36,753 bases of DNA from a virus (IMGVR_UViG_3300040985_000275:1-36753); one strand, 5' to 3'. Counted from the stretch's first letter, positions 9,417 through 17,778 are shown. Translations and numbers: made by a program. Notes: generated from the letters alone by a model not told the origin.

Positions 9417-9702
9417 GGGCTTTAAAGTGCCAAAATGTCAGTAAATAATGACAAAATAAATATAAAAAAAGGCTCTTTTTGTGGGTTTATGTGTGGAAAT
9501 GTGCGCTTTTTGTGTAAAAATTGGCTCTTTGTCAGAGTTTAGCCCGTAAACATACAGGCAAAGCAATCAAATAACCGCCAAAACATTAATAAACTTATAT
9601 ATCTTATTAATTAATTTAAGCACCTCTAAAGGCTTTAAATGTGGTAAGTAATACAAACATACTACAAAGCACCTGAAACGCCCTTAAAACGCTTATAAGC
9701 AT

Positions 9703-9731
9703 AAAAAAAGCCCAACTTAATGGGCTTCTTC
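9703..9731 (-). terminator. Intrinsic terminator (possibly bidirectional)
   Basis: AAGCCCA-ttaagt-TGGGCTT followed by a T-tract on the minus strand; TTCTTCT on the plus strand. Confidence 0.8.
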
Positions 9732-9808
9732 TAATTGCAACAATATAGGATTAAACTTATTCAGATAAATAGCGTCATTATATTGTCATCAATGTCTCTT
9801 TTGTTCAT
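9731..9808 (-). CDS. Small ORF MNKRDIDDNIMTLFI*ISLILYCCN with internal TGA
   Basis: ATG preceded by an AACTAACTAAAAC leader; TGA at 9761-9763; TAG abuts the terminator. Confidence 0.35.
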
Positions 9809-9824
9809 AGGCTCTTGGTTTTAG

Positions 9825-10973
9825 TTAGTAATTACTTATATTATCTCGTCTCATTATGTCTCCTGTGCTACTATGCTCAACCGCTTCATCTCTTAGTATG
9901 GCGTCATCTTCATAGTCAGAGTAAATCGCACACTCTTGACAATATGTATATCCGTTATCCTCGCAATAAAGCTCATCTCCTTCCTCTATTCTATCGCTAC
10001 ACTCATCACAAGTGCAACCCTTATCGTTTCCGTTGCTTCCATCAGTTTGATTTAGTGCAATGTCGCAATCGTCATAGTCTCTCTGATATTCGTTGTCATC
10101 TATTCCTTGGAAAGTATCCGCATACGGGAAATAATCAAACCCTAGTGCTTCTTTACCCTCTATTAATACAGAAGCAAAGTTATCACTAGGAGCGCTTAAA
10201 CTATCTGCTAGGCGTGTATTTTTGCTAGTATCTAGCAAGTGCCTAAAGTGGCTTATTGAGTAGCAATTAATAAAAGGTTCTAAAATGTCTTCACATAGTG
10301 CCGTGTACAATTGCGCCTGATAAACCGCCTTTGTATCATCATTACAACACAAAGAATTAGCAATGTATATCCTATCTAAATAAAAAGTATTTTTGACTTT
10401 AGGGTTGCCGTTGTGCTTATCCGCCCAAAGTAAAGCCCTAGCGTAAATATTGCCGTCCTCGTCTTCTAGCGTTGCAATTCTTAAACCTTTAGTATATTTG
10501 TATACATCAAACCAATTTTTCGGTCTCTCTTGCATACAGGAAACGCCACGCCCTACAAACATACGCCTGCCGTTGTCGTTCACTTGGTCGGTATTCATAT
10601 TGTAAATAGTAGGTATCTCATCAGCCTGATATATGTTGTACTTTAACGGAACGCCCTTTATTATATCCTTTGCAAAACTATCTGCAATAACTCTAAAAAG
10701 GCTTTCGTTGTAGCTTATATTTTTAGCTAGTAGGCTCTCTATAAATTTAAGCGGTTTTACTCCTTGAAAGTATTTACTCCTATGCTCGTCATTTTTATGG
10801 TCTATGACTATTCCTGTATTCTCTAGTATCCCAACTATTTTGCGGTTATCAATGGTGCTGATATTTAGCGGGTTGCCTTTTTGCCTTGCATAGTATAAAG
10901 GCGGGTTTTTCTTCTCTAGTGAGAAGCCTAGCGTCTCTAGGGTTTTCTTGTAGTTGTTGATTAGTTGTTTCAT
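9825..10973 (-). CDS. Conserved-type phage early protein of unknown function with C-terminal Cys motifs
   Basis: 382 aa; SCM, ARALLW, YLDRIY, FPYADTF motifs; CxxC pairs at the C-terminus. Confidence 0.8.
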   Translation of the reverse strand: MKQLINNYKKTLETLGFSLEKKNPPLYYARQKGNPLNISTIDNRKIVGILENTGIVIDHKNDEHRSKYFQGVKPLKFIESLLAKNISYNESLFRVIADSFAKDIIKGVPLKYNIYQADEIPTIYNMNTDQVNDNGRRMFVGRGVSCMQERPKNWFDVYKYTKGLRIATLEDEDGNIYARALLWADKHNGNPKVKNTFYLDRIYIANSLCCNDDTKAVYQAQLYTALCEDILEPFINCYSISHFRHLLDTSKNTRLADSLSAPSDNFASVLIEGKEALGFDYFPYADTFQGIDDNEYQRDYDDCDIALNQTDGSNGNDKGCTCDECSDRIEEGDELYCEDNGYTYCQECAIYSDYEDDAILRDEAVEHSSTGDIMRRDNISNY

Positions 10974-11042
10974 AGTTTGTTATTTTTTAAAATTAATATG
11001 CGACAAATATAAACACACAAAGCAAATAATTTATACAAAGCA

Positions 11043-11074
11043 CAAAAATAATTAAGACAATTTGGCATATCAAA
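11043..11074 (-). promoter_or_regulatory. Bacteroidota sigma70-type promoter
   Basis: TTTG-N20-TATTTTTG; a second TATATTTG at 11004-11011. Confidence 0.55.
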
Positions 11075-11084
11075 AAAACACCCC

Positions 11085-11297
11085 CCCCTACCCTAGCATC
11101 AAATCTAGCAAAAAAAAAATCTGAAAAACCAATATTCTGAAGGGGGTATATAGGAGGTCGCTAGCAGTTTCATAGCAGTTTCATCAGGAACTTTAAAAGG
11201 AACTCCCCTACCCTAGCGCCAACTCTAGTAAAAAAAATAAAAAAAATTTTTTTAAAAAATAAAACGCGTAGGCAGTTTCAACGATATGGCAGTTTCA
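11085..11297. repeat. Two ~120-bp composite units: CCCCTACCCTAGC..CAAnTCTAG-A-tract followed by a GCAGTTTCA pair
   Basis: CCCCTACCCTAGC at 11085 and 11205; GCAGTTTCA at 11164, 11175, 11272, 11289. Confidence 0.8.
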
Positions 11298-11302
11298 CGC
11301 AC

Positions 11303-11331
11303 AAAAAAAGGCTACCATTTCTGATAACCTT
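11303..11331 (-). terminator. Intrinsic terminator
   Basis: AAGGTTATC-agaaat-GGTAGCCTT plus T-tract, downstream of 11356..11631. Confidence 0.65.
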
Positions 11332-11355
11332 ATAAAGCAAAAGCTTTTTCCCTAA

Positions 11356-11631
11356 CTAACTAACATTGTATTTTTTTCCTTGAAATCTTAACTCTAAGAG
11401 CCTATCAAAAGGAATTGTTCTATACCCTTCTTTATGTGTGTCAAACACAAATAACATATTGTAATCTTCAGGGTTAAATGCTCTCTCTCCTCCTTTAAGA
11501 TGTTTTTTAACACCCAATCTAGCGGTCATATCTCTATGTGAGCCGTCTTTTTTTGTAAATGATACGCTGAATATCTTTCCGTCCGTATCGTGTATAATCT
11601 GCTTCGCAGTTTCAGTAGTAATTTTAGTCAT
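11356..11631 (-). CDS. WYL-like SH3 beta-barrel protein
   Basis: FSVSFTKKDGSHRDM...VFDTHKEGYRTIPFDRL pattern. Confidence 0.7.
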   Translation of the reverse strand: MTKITTETAKQIIHDTDGKIFSVSFTKKDGSHRDMTARLGVKKHLKGGERAFNPEDYNMLFVFDTHKEGYRTIPFDRLLELRFQGKKYNVS

Positions 11632-11647
11632 AGTAATTTAGTTTAGT

Positions 11648-11941
11648 TTAGCTATTAAGATTAGCTGAATTATTTGAAATATAGTTGTTGTAATACCCCT
11701 CCTCTCCTTCGTTATAATGCAACTCTAACTCAGAAATAATGAATTTAAAGTCTTTAGAGCCTGTAAATGTTTTAGATTTTTGACAGGGTTCACTATATGT
11801 TACGCTGAATTTATCGCTTTCAGGATGAAATTTCAACACATATACCTCTCCTGTGTTCTCATTTACAAAGTCTAACTTAGGGAAATCATTTCTAATGGAT
11901 TTTTCTAGTTTTTCAAGATTTGTTACTTTTAGCTTAGTCAT
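11648..11941 (-). CDS. Hypothetical early protein
   Basis: 97 aa; first gene after promoter 11980-12011. Confidence 0.75.
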   Translation of the reverse strand: MTKLKVTNLEKLEKSIRNDFPKLDFVNENTGEVYVLKFHPESDKFSVTYSEPCQKSKTFTGSKDFKFIISELELHYNEGEEGYYNNYISNNSANLNS

Positions 11942-11979
11942 AGTTAGTTTAGTTTAGTTAATACTTAGTTAATTCTATG

Positions 11980-12011
11980 CAAAGATACAACAAATAATTG
12001 AACTGACCAAA
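11980..12011 (-). promoter_or_regulatory. Early promoter (Bacteroidota consensus)
   Basis: TTTG-N20-TATCTTTG; near-identical to 17033-17064 and 20146-20176. Confidence 0.85.
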
Positions 12012-12015
12012 TAAT

Positions 12016-12216
12016 TTAGTCCTTATTGTAAGTTTTTTTACTAAGTATTTGATTTATTAGTGGCTGACTAACCTGATATTTGACAGCTAACTGATTTTGA
12101 GTAAAAACACCTGTCTTGTACTCTTCTCTTATCATTTCAGCTTCTTCAAAAGTGAACTTTCTCTTAGAGTATCCACCTCCTCGCCTGTCTTTTCTATCAT
12201 ATATGCTTACGCTCAT
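12016..12216 (-). CDS. Small HTH DNA-binding protein
   Basis: TQNQLAVKYQVSQPLINQIL. Confidence 0.75.
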   Translation of the reverse strand: MSVSIYDRKDRRGGGYSKRKFTFEEAEMIREEYKTGVFTQNQLAVKYQVSQPLINQILSKKTYNKD

Positions 12217-12566
12217 AATCTATTCTCTAAATAATCATCAATAACTTGTTGGCACTCGTCAAAACCTTTTACTACCTTAGCATAATATCCAACCTCATTT
12301 AGATACGCAACCCATTCTTTCTGCTCCTTAGTAGGATAGCATTTTTTGTTTGCTTTTATCTCTAAAAACAATCCTGCGTACTTGTGAGTAGGGTAGCATA
12401 CTTGAAGGTCGGGAAAACCCTTTACATATCCTGTCGCCTTAGCCTTTACCGCCTGCCTGAAGGTCGTTCTTATGCCCCCTAAACTTGCGCAATATCTTGC
12501 TTTTGGATACTTTAGCTTCAGATACTCTACCACGCTTTTTTGAAGGTTTTCTTCTTGATTTTTCAT
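12213..12566 (-). CDS. VRR-NUC family nuclease (putative Holliday junction resolvase)
   Basis: EENLQ, GFPDL, LFLEIK, EQKEW motifs. Confidence 0.85.
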   Translation of the reverse strand: MKNQEENLQKSVVEYLKLKYPKARYCASLGGIRTTFRQAVKAKATGYVKGFPDLQVCYPTHKYAGLFLEIKANKKCYPTKEQKEWVAYLNEVGYYAKVVKGFDECQQVIDDYLENRL

Positions 12567-12726
12567 CTTTTAAATCTCGTCTAATTTCCATCATTTTATT
12601 GTAAACCTTTATATCTAACTCAGTCAATTCTAAATTGCAGTCATCAATGCAATCTTGCATATCTTTCAGCCTTATGTTAAGATATATGCAGTACAATGCA
12701 GTTCCAACAAATAATATAATTTCCAT
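12439..12726 (-). CDS. Hypothetical protein with N-terminal TM segment and coiled coil
   Basis: MEIILFVGTALYCIYL; fills the gap; C-terminus overlaps VRR-NUC by 128 nt. Confidence 0.6.
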   Translation of the reverse strand: MEIILFVGTALYCIYLNIRLKDMQDCIDDCNLELTELDIKVYNKMMEIRRDLKDEKSRRKPSKKRGRVSEAKVSKSKILRKFRGHKNDLQAGGKG

Positions 12727-12734
12727 AATAATTT

Positions 12735-12977
12735 TTATTTATAACTTGTTTCTCCATATTGACCTTCAATATGTATTTTATTAAACTTTATATCTATATC
12801 AGATATATTTCTTTTAATCTTCCTAGCTATCTTTTTTAATATAGAACTATCTTTTTTTATCTCTTCTTCTATATTTGTTAATGCAAATGTATCAATACTA
12901 TTTGAAATATAGCTACGAACACTACCTTTTTTCTTAAAACCAAAATCTATAATAACTCTATAAATCGGCTTTCCCAT
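12735..12977 (-). CDS. Hypothetical protein
   Basis: 80-aa ORF packed in the operon. Confidence 0.7.
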   Translation of the reverse strand: MGKPIYRVIIDFGFKKKGSVRSYISNSIDTFALTNIEEEIKKDSSILKKIARKIKRNISDIDIKFNKIHIEGQYGETSYK

Positions 12978-13092
12978 TGCTCTTATCGTATTCCATCATA
13001 TTCTTTTCTATCTTATTATCATCACTTGCTCCGCTTAGGAATATGTAGCAACCAATAAAAAACAATACAATACTCATTACTAAATCAATCAT
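12958..13092 (-). CDS. Small membrane protein (44 aa), not in the ORF track
   Basis: MIDLVMSIVLFFIGCYIFLSG...; ATGA overlap with the upstream stop. Confidence 0.6.
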   Translation of the reverse strand: MIDLVMSIVLFFIGCYIFLSGASDDNKIEKNMMEYDKSNGKADL

Positions 13093-13313
13093 TTTTTTTC
13101 TATTTTTTCTAATTCAAACTCTAAATGTGCTATTGCTTTTTTAATGCAATTAACAGGCGTTGCGTGTTTTTTTTCACAACGGAGCAAATATGTAGTGGCA
13201 GTCCCTATGTTATAGGATAAATCAAACCCCTCAACAACTTTCCTTGCTTCGTAACCATTGCTACCTATGTAATAGTGTGGTATCCTGCTATCCTTTTCTT
13301 TTTTCTCTATCAT
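13089..13313 (-). CDS. DUF3310-like protein (T7 gp1.7-like nucleotide kinase family)
   Basis: PHYY...YNIGTATTYLLRCEKK...IKKAIAHLEFE. Confidence 0.75.
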   Translation of the reverse strand: MIEKKEKDSRIPHYYIGSNGYEARKVVEGFDLSYNIGTATTYLLRCEKKHATPVNCIKKAIAHLEFELEKIEKK

Positions 13314-13512
13314 CTTCCAATACTTTAATTAACTCATCTCTATTGTGTAGTTTCCTAGCCTTATAACCATACATCTTTGCGCTTGTCTTACTGTACTCAG
13401 AAGGCTCATAAACTAGCTTGACCTCCCTAACAGTTTCATCTTTATTGAGTTTAACAATCCACCTACAACTTTCGCAAATTGTCGCTCTTTTTATGTGTGA
13501 TAAATAAGTCAT
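13288..13512 (-). CDS. Hypothetical protein
   Basis: 74-aa ORF packed in the operon. Confidence 0.65.
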   Translation of the reverse strand: MTYLSHIKRATICESCRWIVKLNKDETVREVKLVYEPSEYSKTSAKMYGYKARKLHNRDELIKVLEDDREKRKG

Positions 13513-13514
13513 AA

Positions 13515-13730
13515 CTAATTGGCTAACGCTCCTGTTCTTGTTTTACTATCTATTAAAGAGTTTACCCTAACTTCTTCAAAGTATAAATCTCTAAACTTAT
13601 CTAATTCTTCTTTAGTTTCTTTCAGTTCCCTGCTTCCAATGTAAATCATTGACAGGCTTCCTAAAATAATTCCTGCGAGCAAAGATATGAAAATAATAAT
13701 CATAGGCTCAAATAAACTTGTGTATTCCAT
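13515..13730 (-). CDS. Small membrane protein
   Basis: Hydrophobic MIIIFISLLAGIILGSLSMIYIG. Confidence 0.7.
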   Translation of the reverse strand: MEYTSLFEPMIIIFISLLAGIILGSLSMIYIGSRELKETKEELDKFRDLYFEEVRVNSLIDSKTRTGALAN

Positions 13731-13736
13731 AATTTT

Positions 13737-13952
13737 TTAAATTTGTTTTGTTAATAAATCTAACCTAACTTCTCTCTCATCAATAGTCAAGTTATCCCAA
13801 TCTTCAGGTTTTATAATTCCTTCAGTTGCAAATATTATTCTCTCTTTATATGCCACCTTCTCTTGTTGAGTTTGTTGTGTCATCTCGCCCATAGCAAGAA
13901 ACATCTTCATAAAATGTAATTTATCCATATTTATTGTTTTAATTCTCTCCAT
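13737..13952 (-). CDS. Hypothetical protein
   Basis: 71-aa ORF; true start may be the internal Met (MDKLHF). Confidence 0.65.
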   Translation of the reverse strand: MERIKTINMDKLHFMKMFLAMGEMTQQTQQEKVAYKERIIFATEGIIKPEDWDNLTIDEREVRLDLLTKQI

Positions 13953-14050
13953 TCAGATAGAGTTGGTTCTTTAGCTCTGTTTAAAAAAGTAAACTTATGT
14001 AATTCATAGGTATACCATTTAGCAAATTGAATAATCTCTTTATCTTTCAT
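13931..14050 (-). CDS. Small hypothetical protein (39 aa), not in the ORF track
   Basis: MKDKEIIQFAKWYTYELHKF...; starts 2 nt after the upstream stop. Confidence 0.5.
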   Translation of the reverse strand: MKDKEIIQFAKWYTYELHKFTFLNRAKEPTLSEWRELKQ

Positions 14051-14052
14051 AT

Positions 14053-14448
14053 CTATTGTTTTAATTGTTTTAAAGTTCCTATTGACTTCATTCCTGTACC
14101 TGCTCTGCTTCTATAATTTAACCTCTTATCAACCTGATTAGGCTCTTTGCTTTCGTTGTCCCAAATAAGTTGCCTGTGAGCTTTTACCCACCTGTAATAT
14201 GTTTTAACATTAAGCGCAAACAAATCTGTATTTCTTACCCCTTCCCTAAAAGCATTTTCTATATCTACAAATGTAAGAGTTCCAAAGTCTCTTTGAAGGT
14301 CATCAGCTAGTGAGCGAGACAGTATAACTATCTCTTGCTCGCTTTTAGCCTGCCCTAACTCTACAAAGGTTTTGCTTATCAAATCAACACATTTTAGCGT
14401 TAATTCCTGCATATCTTCTAGCTTTATATGTAATAGTTTTGCGTCCAT
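14053..14448 (-). CDS. Hypothetical protein (possible replication accessory/helicase loader-like)
   Basis: 131 aa, helical, LTFVDIENAFREGVR; located downstream of the initiator. Confidence 0.6.
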   Translation of the reverse strand: MDAKLLHIKLEDMQELTLKCVDLISKTFVELGQAKSEQEIVILSRSLADDLQRDFGTLTFVDIENAFREGVRNTDLFALNVKTYYRWVKAHRQLIWDNESKEPNQVDKRLNYRSRAGTGMKSIGTLKQLKQ

Positions 14449-14450
14449 AA

Positions 14451-14717
14451 TTATAGTATTTGATTTTTATCTATAACCAATACATCTCCCATTATAATAT
14501 CACAACTTCCATACTCATAAAGCTTTGTTGCTCTCCTGTTGTGGTCTAGGTTAAAAATCTTACCCTCCTCATTTATTACCATAAGCCTCTTGTCATTAGT
14601 TTTTACTATTTGTATATTCCCTCCAACATATTTTTGCAATTCTTCTAATGTAAAATTGCTGTCATTTTTAGGGGTTACACTTTTTTTCCTTCCATTTGCT
14701 TTAATTAGTTCTGCCAT
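14451..14717 (-). CDS. DUF3846-like protein
   Basis: FTLEELQKYVGGNIQIV...INEEGK...N..AT...IMGDVLV. Confidence 0.75.
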   Translation of the reverse strand: MAELIKANGRKKSVTPKNDSNFTLEELQKYVGGNIQIVKTNDKRLMVINEEGKIFNLDHNRRATKLYEYGSCDIIMGDVLVIDKNQIL

Positions 14718-14735
14718 TTTTTTTATTTTATTAGT

Positions 14736-14957
14736 TTATATAAATATTGTTAGTCCTGAATTTTCTAAGTCTGTAATGAATTGTAATAATTCATCCTCGC
14801 TATCTTCTGCTCTGAATACACGACTTTCTTCTTCCACTCCTGTATCTAGGTCTATACCCATAATTGTTATTGTGCCAAATCTCTTAAAGTTGAACAATAA
14901 TTCTGATTTTTGATGCTCTGTCATATTGCTTGTTTTTAATTGTTTATATTCTATCAA
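14736..14957 (-). CDS. Hypothetical protein (likely start at the internal MTEHQK)
   Basis: ORF track; packing with neighbours. Confidence 0.6.
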   Translation of the reverse strand: MIEYKQLKTSNMTEHQKSELLFNFKRFGTITIMGIDLDTGVEEESRVFRAEDSEDELLQFITDLENSGLTIFI

Positions 14958-15123
14958 AGTAATTTTTCTTTACATCTAGTAAAATCAAATTATATACTCT
15001 TTCTCTTTCTATTTCACTTAAATCGTTTTCAAAATATATATCAATATAGTCTAAAATAGTTTCGTAAAATGTATCTGAAAATTTATCAGATATTTTACTG
15101 ATTTTTTGTTGCTCTTCATTCAT
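14944..15123 (-). CDS. Small hypothetical protein (59 aa), not in the ORF track
   Basis: MNEEQQKISKISDKFSDTFYE...; starts 3 nt after the initiator stop. Confidence 0.6.
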   Translation of the reverse strand: MNEEQQKISKISDKFSDTFYETILDYIDIYFENDLSEIERERVYNLILLDVKKNYFDRI

Positions 15124-15126
15124 TGC

Positions 15127-15783
15127 TTAAGTTGTTTTGTTAATAATATCTCTTGCTTTTTGCCAAGAGGTTAGTTGTGTTTGTGTTTTGCTCTGCTTCT
15201 TGTCATCAAAAGAATTGCTCTCCCAAGTTCTTACACTTGCTCTCCAATCCTTCATAGGATTTTTACCTACCTTCCACCCATTACTCTCGTAAAAATTAAA
15301 GAACTTTTGTATATCTACCTTATTTTGCCTTTCTATACAATAATGCTCTAATTCATCTAAGGTTGGTTTCTTAAATCTTTTGCTATTTTTAGCCTGTTTA
15401 ACCTCTTCTATAATTTCAATAGGGTTATCTTCTAATTCAAGTAATTTGTATTGCTCTACCAACCTTAAAATGCTTTTGTGAGGGTTTGAGTTACTGTTAA
15501 GCTCTGCTATATGGCTTACGCCCTGTTGAAACTTAACAAATTCTTTTATAAACCATTTGCTTCCATCATCAAAACTTATAACATTATTTCCAAACAGTTT
15601 CAATGCTTCTTTCTCGTTTAGTTTAGCTCCTATTCTTATTGAAGCAACCTCAACCTCAACCTGCCATACTCCTGCATTATCACAATCATCTAACATATAT
15701 AACCATAATAACTTATATGCAGGCGGTAGACTTCTAACAAATCCTTTTTTCCATTTCTCTGTATCTGTAAATCTCTTTGCCAT
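15127..15783 (-). CDS. Phage replication initiator/replisome organiser
   Basis: N-terminal MAKRFTDTEKW...KLLWLYMLDDCDNAG; C-terminal FKKPTLDE...FYESNGWKVGKNPMKDWRASVRTWE. Confidence 0.75.
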   Translation of the reverse strand: MAKRFTDTEKWKKGFVRSLPPAYKLLWLYMLDDCDNAGVWQVEVEVASIRIGAKLNEKEALKLFGNNVISFDDGSKWFIKEFVKFQQGVSHIAELNSNSNPHKSILRLVEQYKLLELEDNPIEIIEEVKQAKNSKRFKKPTLDELEHYCIERQNKVDIQKFFNFYESNGWKVGKNPMKDWRASVRTWESNSFDDKKQSKTQTQLTSWQKARDIINKTT

Positions 15784-15785
15784 AT

Positions 15786-16931
15786 CTATTTATTTTTTTT
15801 TGACCAATGGTCAGTTAAGTATCTATTGACTATGCTTTTATGCTCCATTGAGCCATCATAGTTATCTGAAATATCCTCATAATCTATCTCGGTTTGATTA
15901 GGGTCTACCTCAGCGTACTCATTTTCTTCCATTCCTACATATATATCGCTAATGCAGTCAGGACAATAAGCATACTCATCTCCTATATCACTTTCTAATA
16001 ATTCAGAACAACCACAATAATAACACTCAAACTCTCCTGTTTCCTCGTTTATCTTTACTTCTTTATTGGCAGTTCCGTAGTCTCCGTACCAATAATTTCT
16101 ACTAGCGCCACTCCAATCTCCCCACTTGCTTCCTCCTGAATAGTTAAAGTCATAATTACCATAGCTAGATGTGTATTGGTATTCATACTTATTACAACCC
16201 AACTCATCTATAAGTCTGTCTACCATAGTTAAGCAGTTGTTAGCGTCATCAAAGATAACTACCTCTTCATCTGAATGAGGTGCGTAATAACCACAACTCA
16301 TATTTGCAACACATACACCTATACCATTCTCTGCTAATTGACCTACATCAGTAATACCACCTGAACTTTCTTTGTATCCGTGATGTGTAATTATTGAATT
16401 TACCTTTTTGCTAAATGCTTTACTGAAAAGCTTTCCTGATATAGAGTTTACGAAATCAGAATTGCCCTTCCTGTCTGCTTGAAAACAATAACCTACATCT
16501 TTAAACCAATCCATATCAGCCTGTCTACTGCCAACGCAACCCATTTCTTCTGAATGAAAGAATGCACACTTAATAACACTTCTAGTAAGTAGCATATATA
16601 GTGCTATTCAAACCCCTACCTTGTCGTCTCCACCTACTCCAACTTGAGTGCCTGTTTCTTTGTTAAAGGCAAATATACAACCTTCGTCATCAAACACTCT
16701 AAAGTCATTATGTATATCGTGTACTGTGTCTGTATGAGATACAATGCAAGGGTATATATCACTATCTCCTTTTGTAATGTATATATTATTCTCTTTAATC
16801 TCTACCTTTGCTTCAGGCACATTTGCAAGGCAAAAGTCTTTAATGTAGGAAATCATAGCATATTCATTCCCGCTTGTTGTTTGAATAGACAATGTGTCTA
16901 TCAGTAAATCTTTTCTTAAGTTTTTCTCCAT
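15786..16931 (-). pseudogene. M20/M28-like zinc peptidase (381 codons) interrupted by one in-frame TGA; read-through or nonsense allele
   Basis: ORFs 16608..16931 and 15786..16595 are in the same frame: SHTDTVH, GGDDKVGV*IALYML, SEEMGCVGS, QADRKG, GYYAPHS. Confidence 0.75.
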
Positions 16932-16965
16932 AATCGTTTAATGTTTAGTTAGTTTTAGTTTAGGT

Positions 16966-17028
16966 TGAATTAAGGGGGAGGAGTTTCAAGCATTTGCCAA
17001 TGGTCTGTTATCTCCAACCCTTAAATTC
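16966..17028 (-). other. Structured 5' leader (long hairpin)
   Basis: GAAUUUAAGGG..GGAG pairs with CUCC..CCCUUAAUUC; lies right after the promoter. Confidence 0.55.
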
Positions 17029-17032
17029 TATG

Positions 17033-17064
17033 CAAAGATACGACAATTATTTGAATTGACCAAA
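17033..17064 (-). promoter_or_regulatory. Early promoter (Bacteroidota consensus)
   Basis: TTTG-N20-TATCTTTG. Confidence 0.85.
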
Positions 17065-17090
17065 TTATTTGTATCTTTTTTTAAAATAAT

Positions 17091-17351
17091 TTAGAATGGT
17101 AAATCATCATCACTAGATGAATTAGTCTTTACTTCTTCTATATCCTTTTTTGGTGGCTCATAAGTGTTCTCATAAGCATAATGAGTAGCTCCCTTCTCAG
17201 AAGGCTCTCTCCTTTCTGCTATTGTAATGCTTACCCAACCTCTTTTAGACATCTTTTGTAAGTCTTCCATTTTGAAATTTGCGTTAAACAAATCTCCATA
17301 CTGAGTAGTTACCTTTTTAATACTACTTGCTACATAATTTTTCTCTGCCAT
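17091..17351 (-). CDS. Putative single-stranded DNA-binding protein
   Basis: 86 aa; acidic C-terminal tip DDDLPF. Confidence 0.6.
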   Translation of the reverse strand: MAEKNYVASSIKKVTTQYGDLFNANFKMEDLQKMSKRGWVSITIAERREPSEKGATHYAYENTYEPPKKDIEEVKTNSSSDDDLPF

Positions 17352-17778
17352 TTTTTTTGATTTTTGATTTATAATTGTTTTTCTTTTCTATTAATTCGCT
17401 TAACCTTTCAGCCAAGCCGTCCATTTTTCTTTCTATACTTAGTATTTCGTGAACATAGTAATTGTCATCTTCAATAAGAATATGCTCTATATCTTCATAA
17501 TTTTTTTTGTAAGACTTTAATATCTTTACAAAGATGTCGTGCTGTTGAACATTGTGAAGAATTGTTGCGTGATTTTTATTAAGAATTGTTCCAATCTTTG
17601 AGTAAGTAAGGTTAAATATGTTTCTTAATACACCACAATATATCCTTCTAGCGTCTATTATATCGCTTTTTCTACTCTTTGTAAGGATGATACCCCAATC
17701 TAATCCATACCTTGAGCATATCTCAGATTTGATTTTTTCGTCTCTTTCTTTTGTGAACTCTAATTTATATCTACTCAT
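17323..17778 (-). CDS. DnaA C-terminal (domain IV)-like HTH protein
   Basis: KSRKSDIIDARRI...LTYSKIGTILNKNHATILHN. Confidence 0.8.
   Translation of the reverse strand: MSRYKLEFTKERDEKIKSEICSRYGLDWGIILTKSRKSDIIDARRIYCGVLRNIFNLTYSKIGTILNKNHATILHNVQQHDIFVKILKSYKKNYEDIEHILIEDDNYYVHEILSIERKMDGLAERLSELIEKKNNYKSKIKKNGREKLCSK

Noticed and set aside
16966-17028. Suppressor tRNA (UCA anticodon)
   Set aside because: No cloverleaf, D-arm, anticodon arm or CCA end can be drawn
17323-17778. True dnaA gene
   Set aside because: Only a domain IV-like HTH; no AAA+ domain
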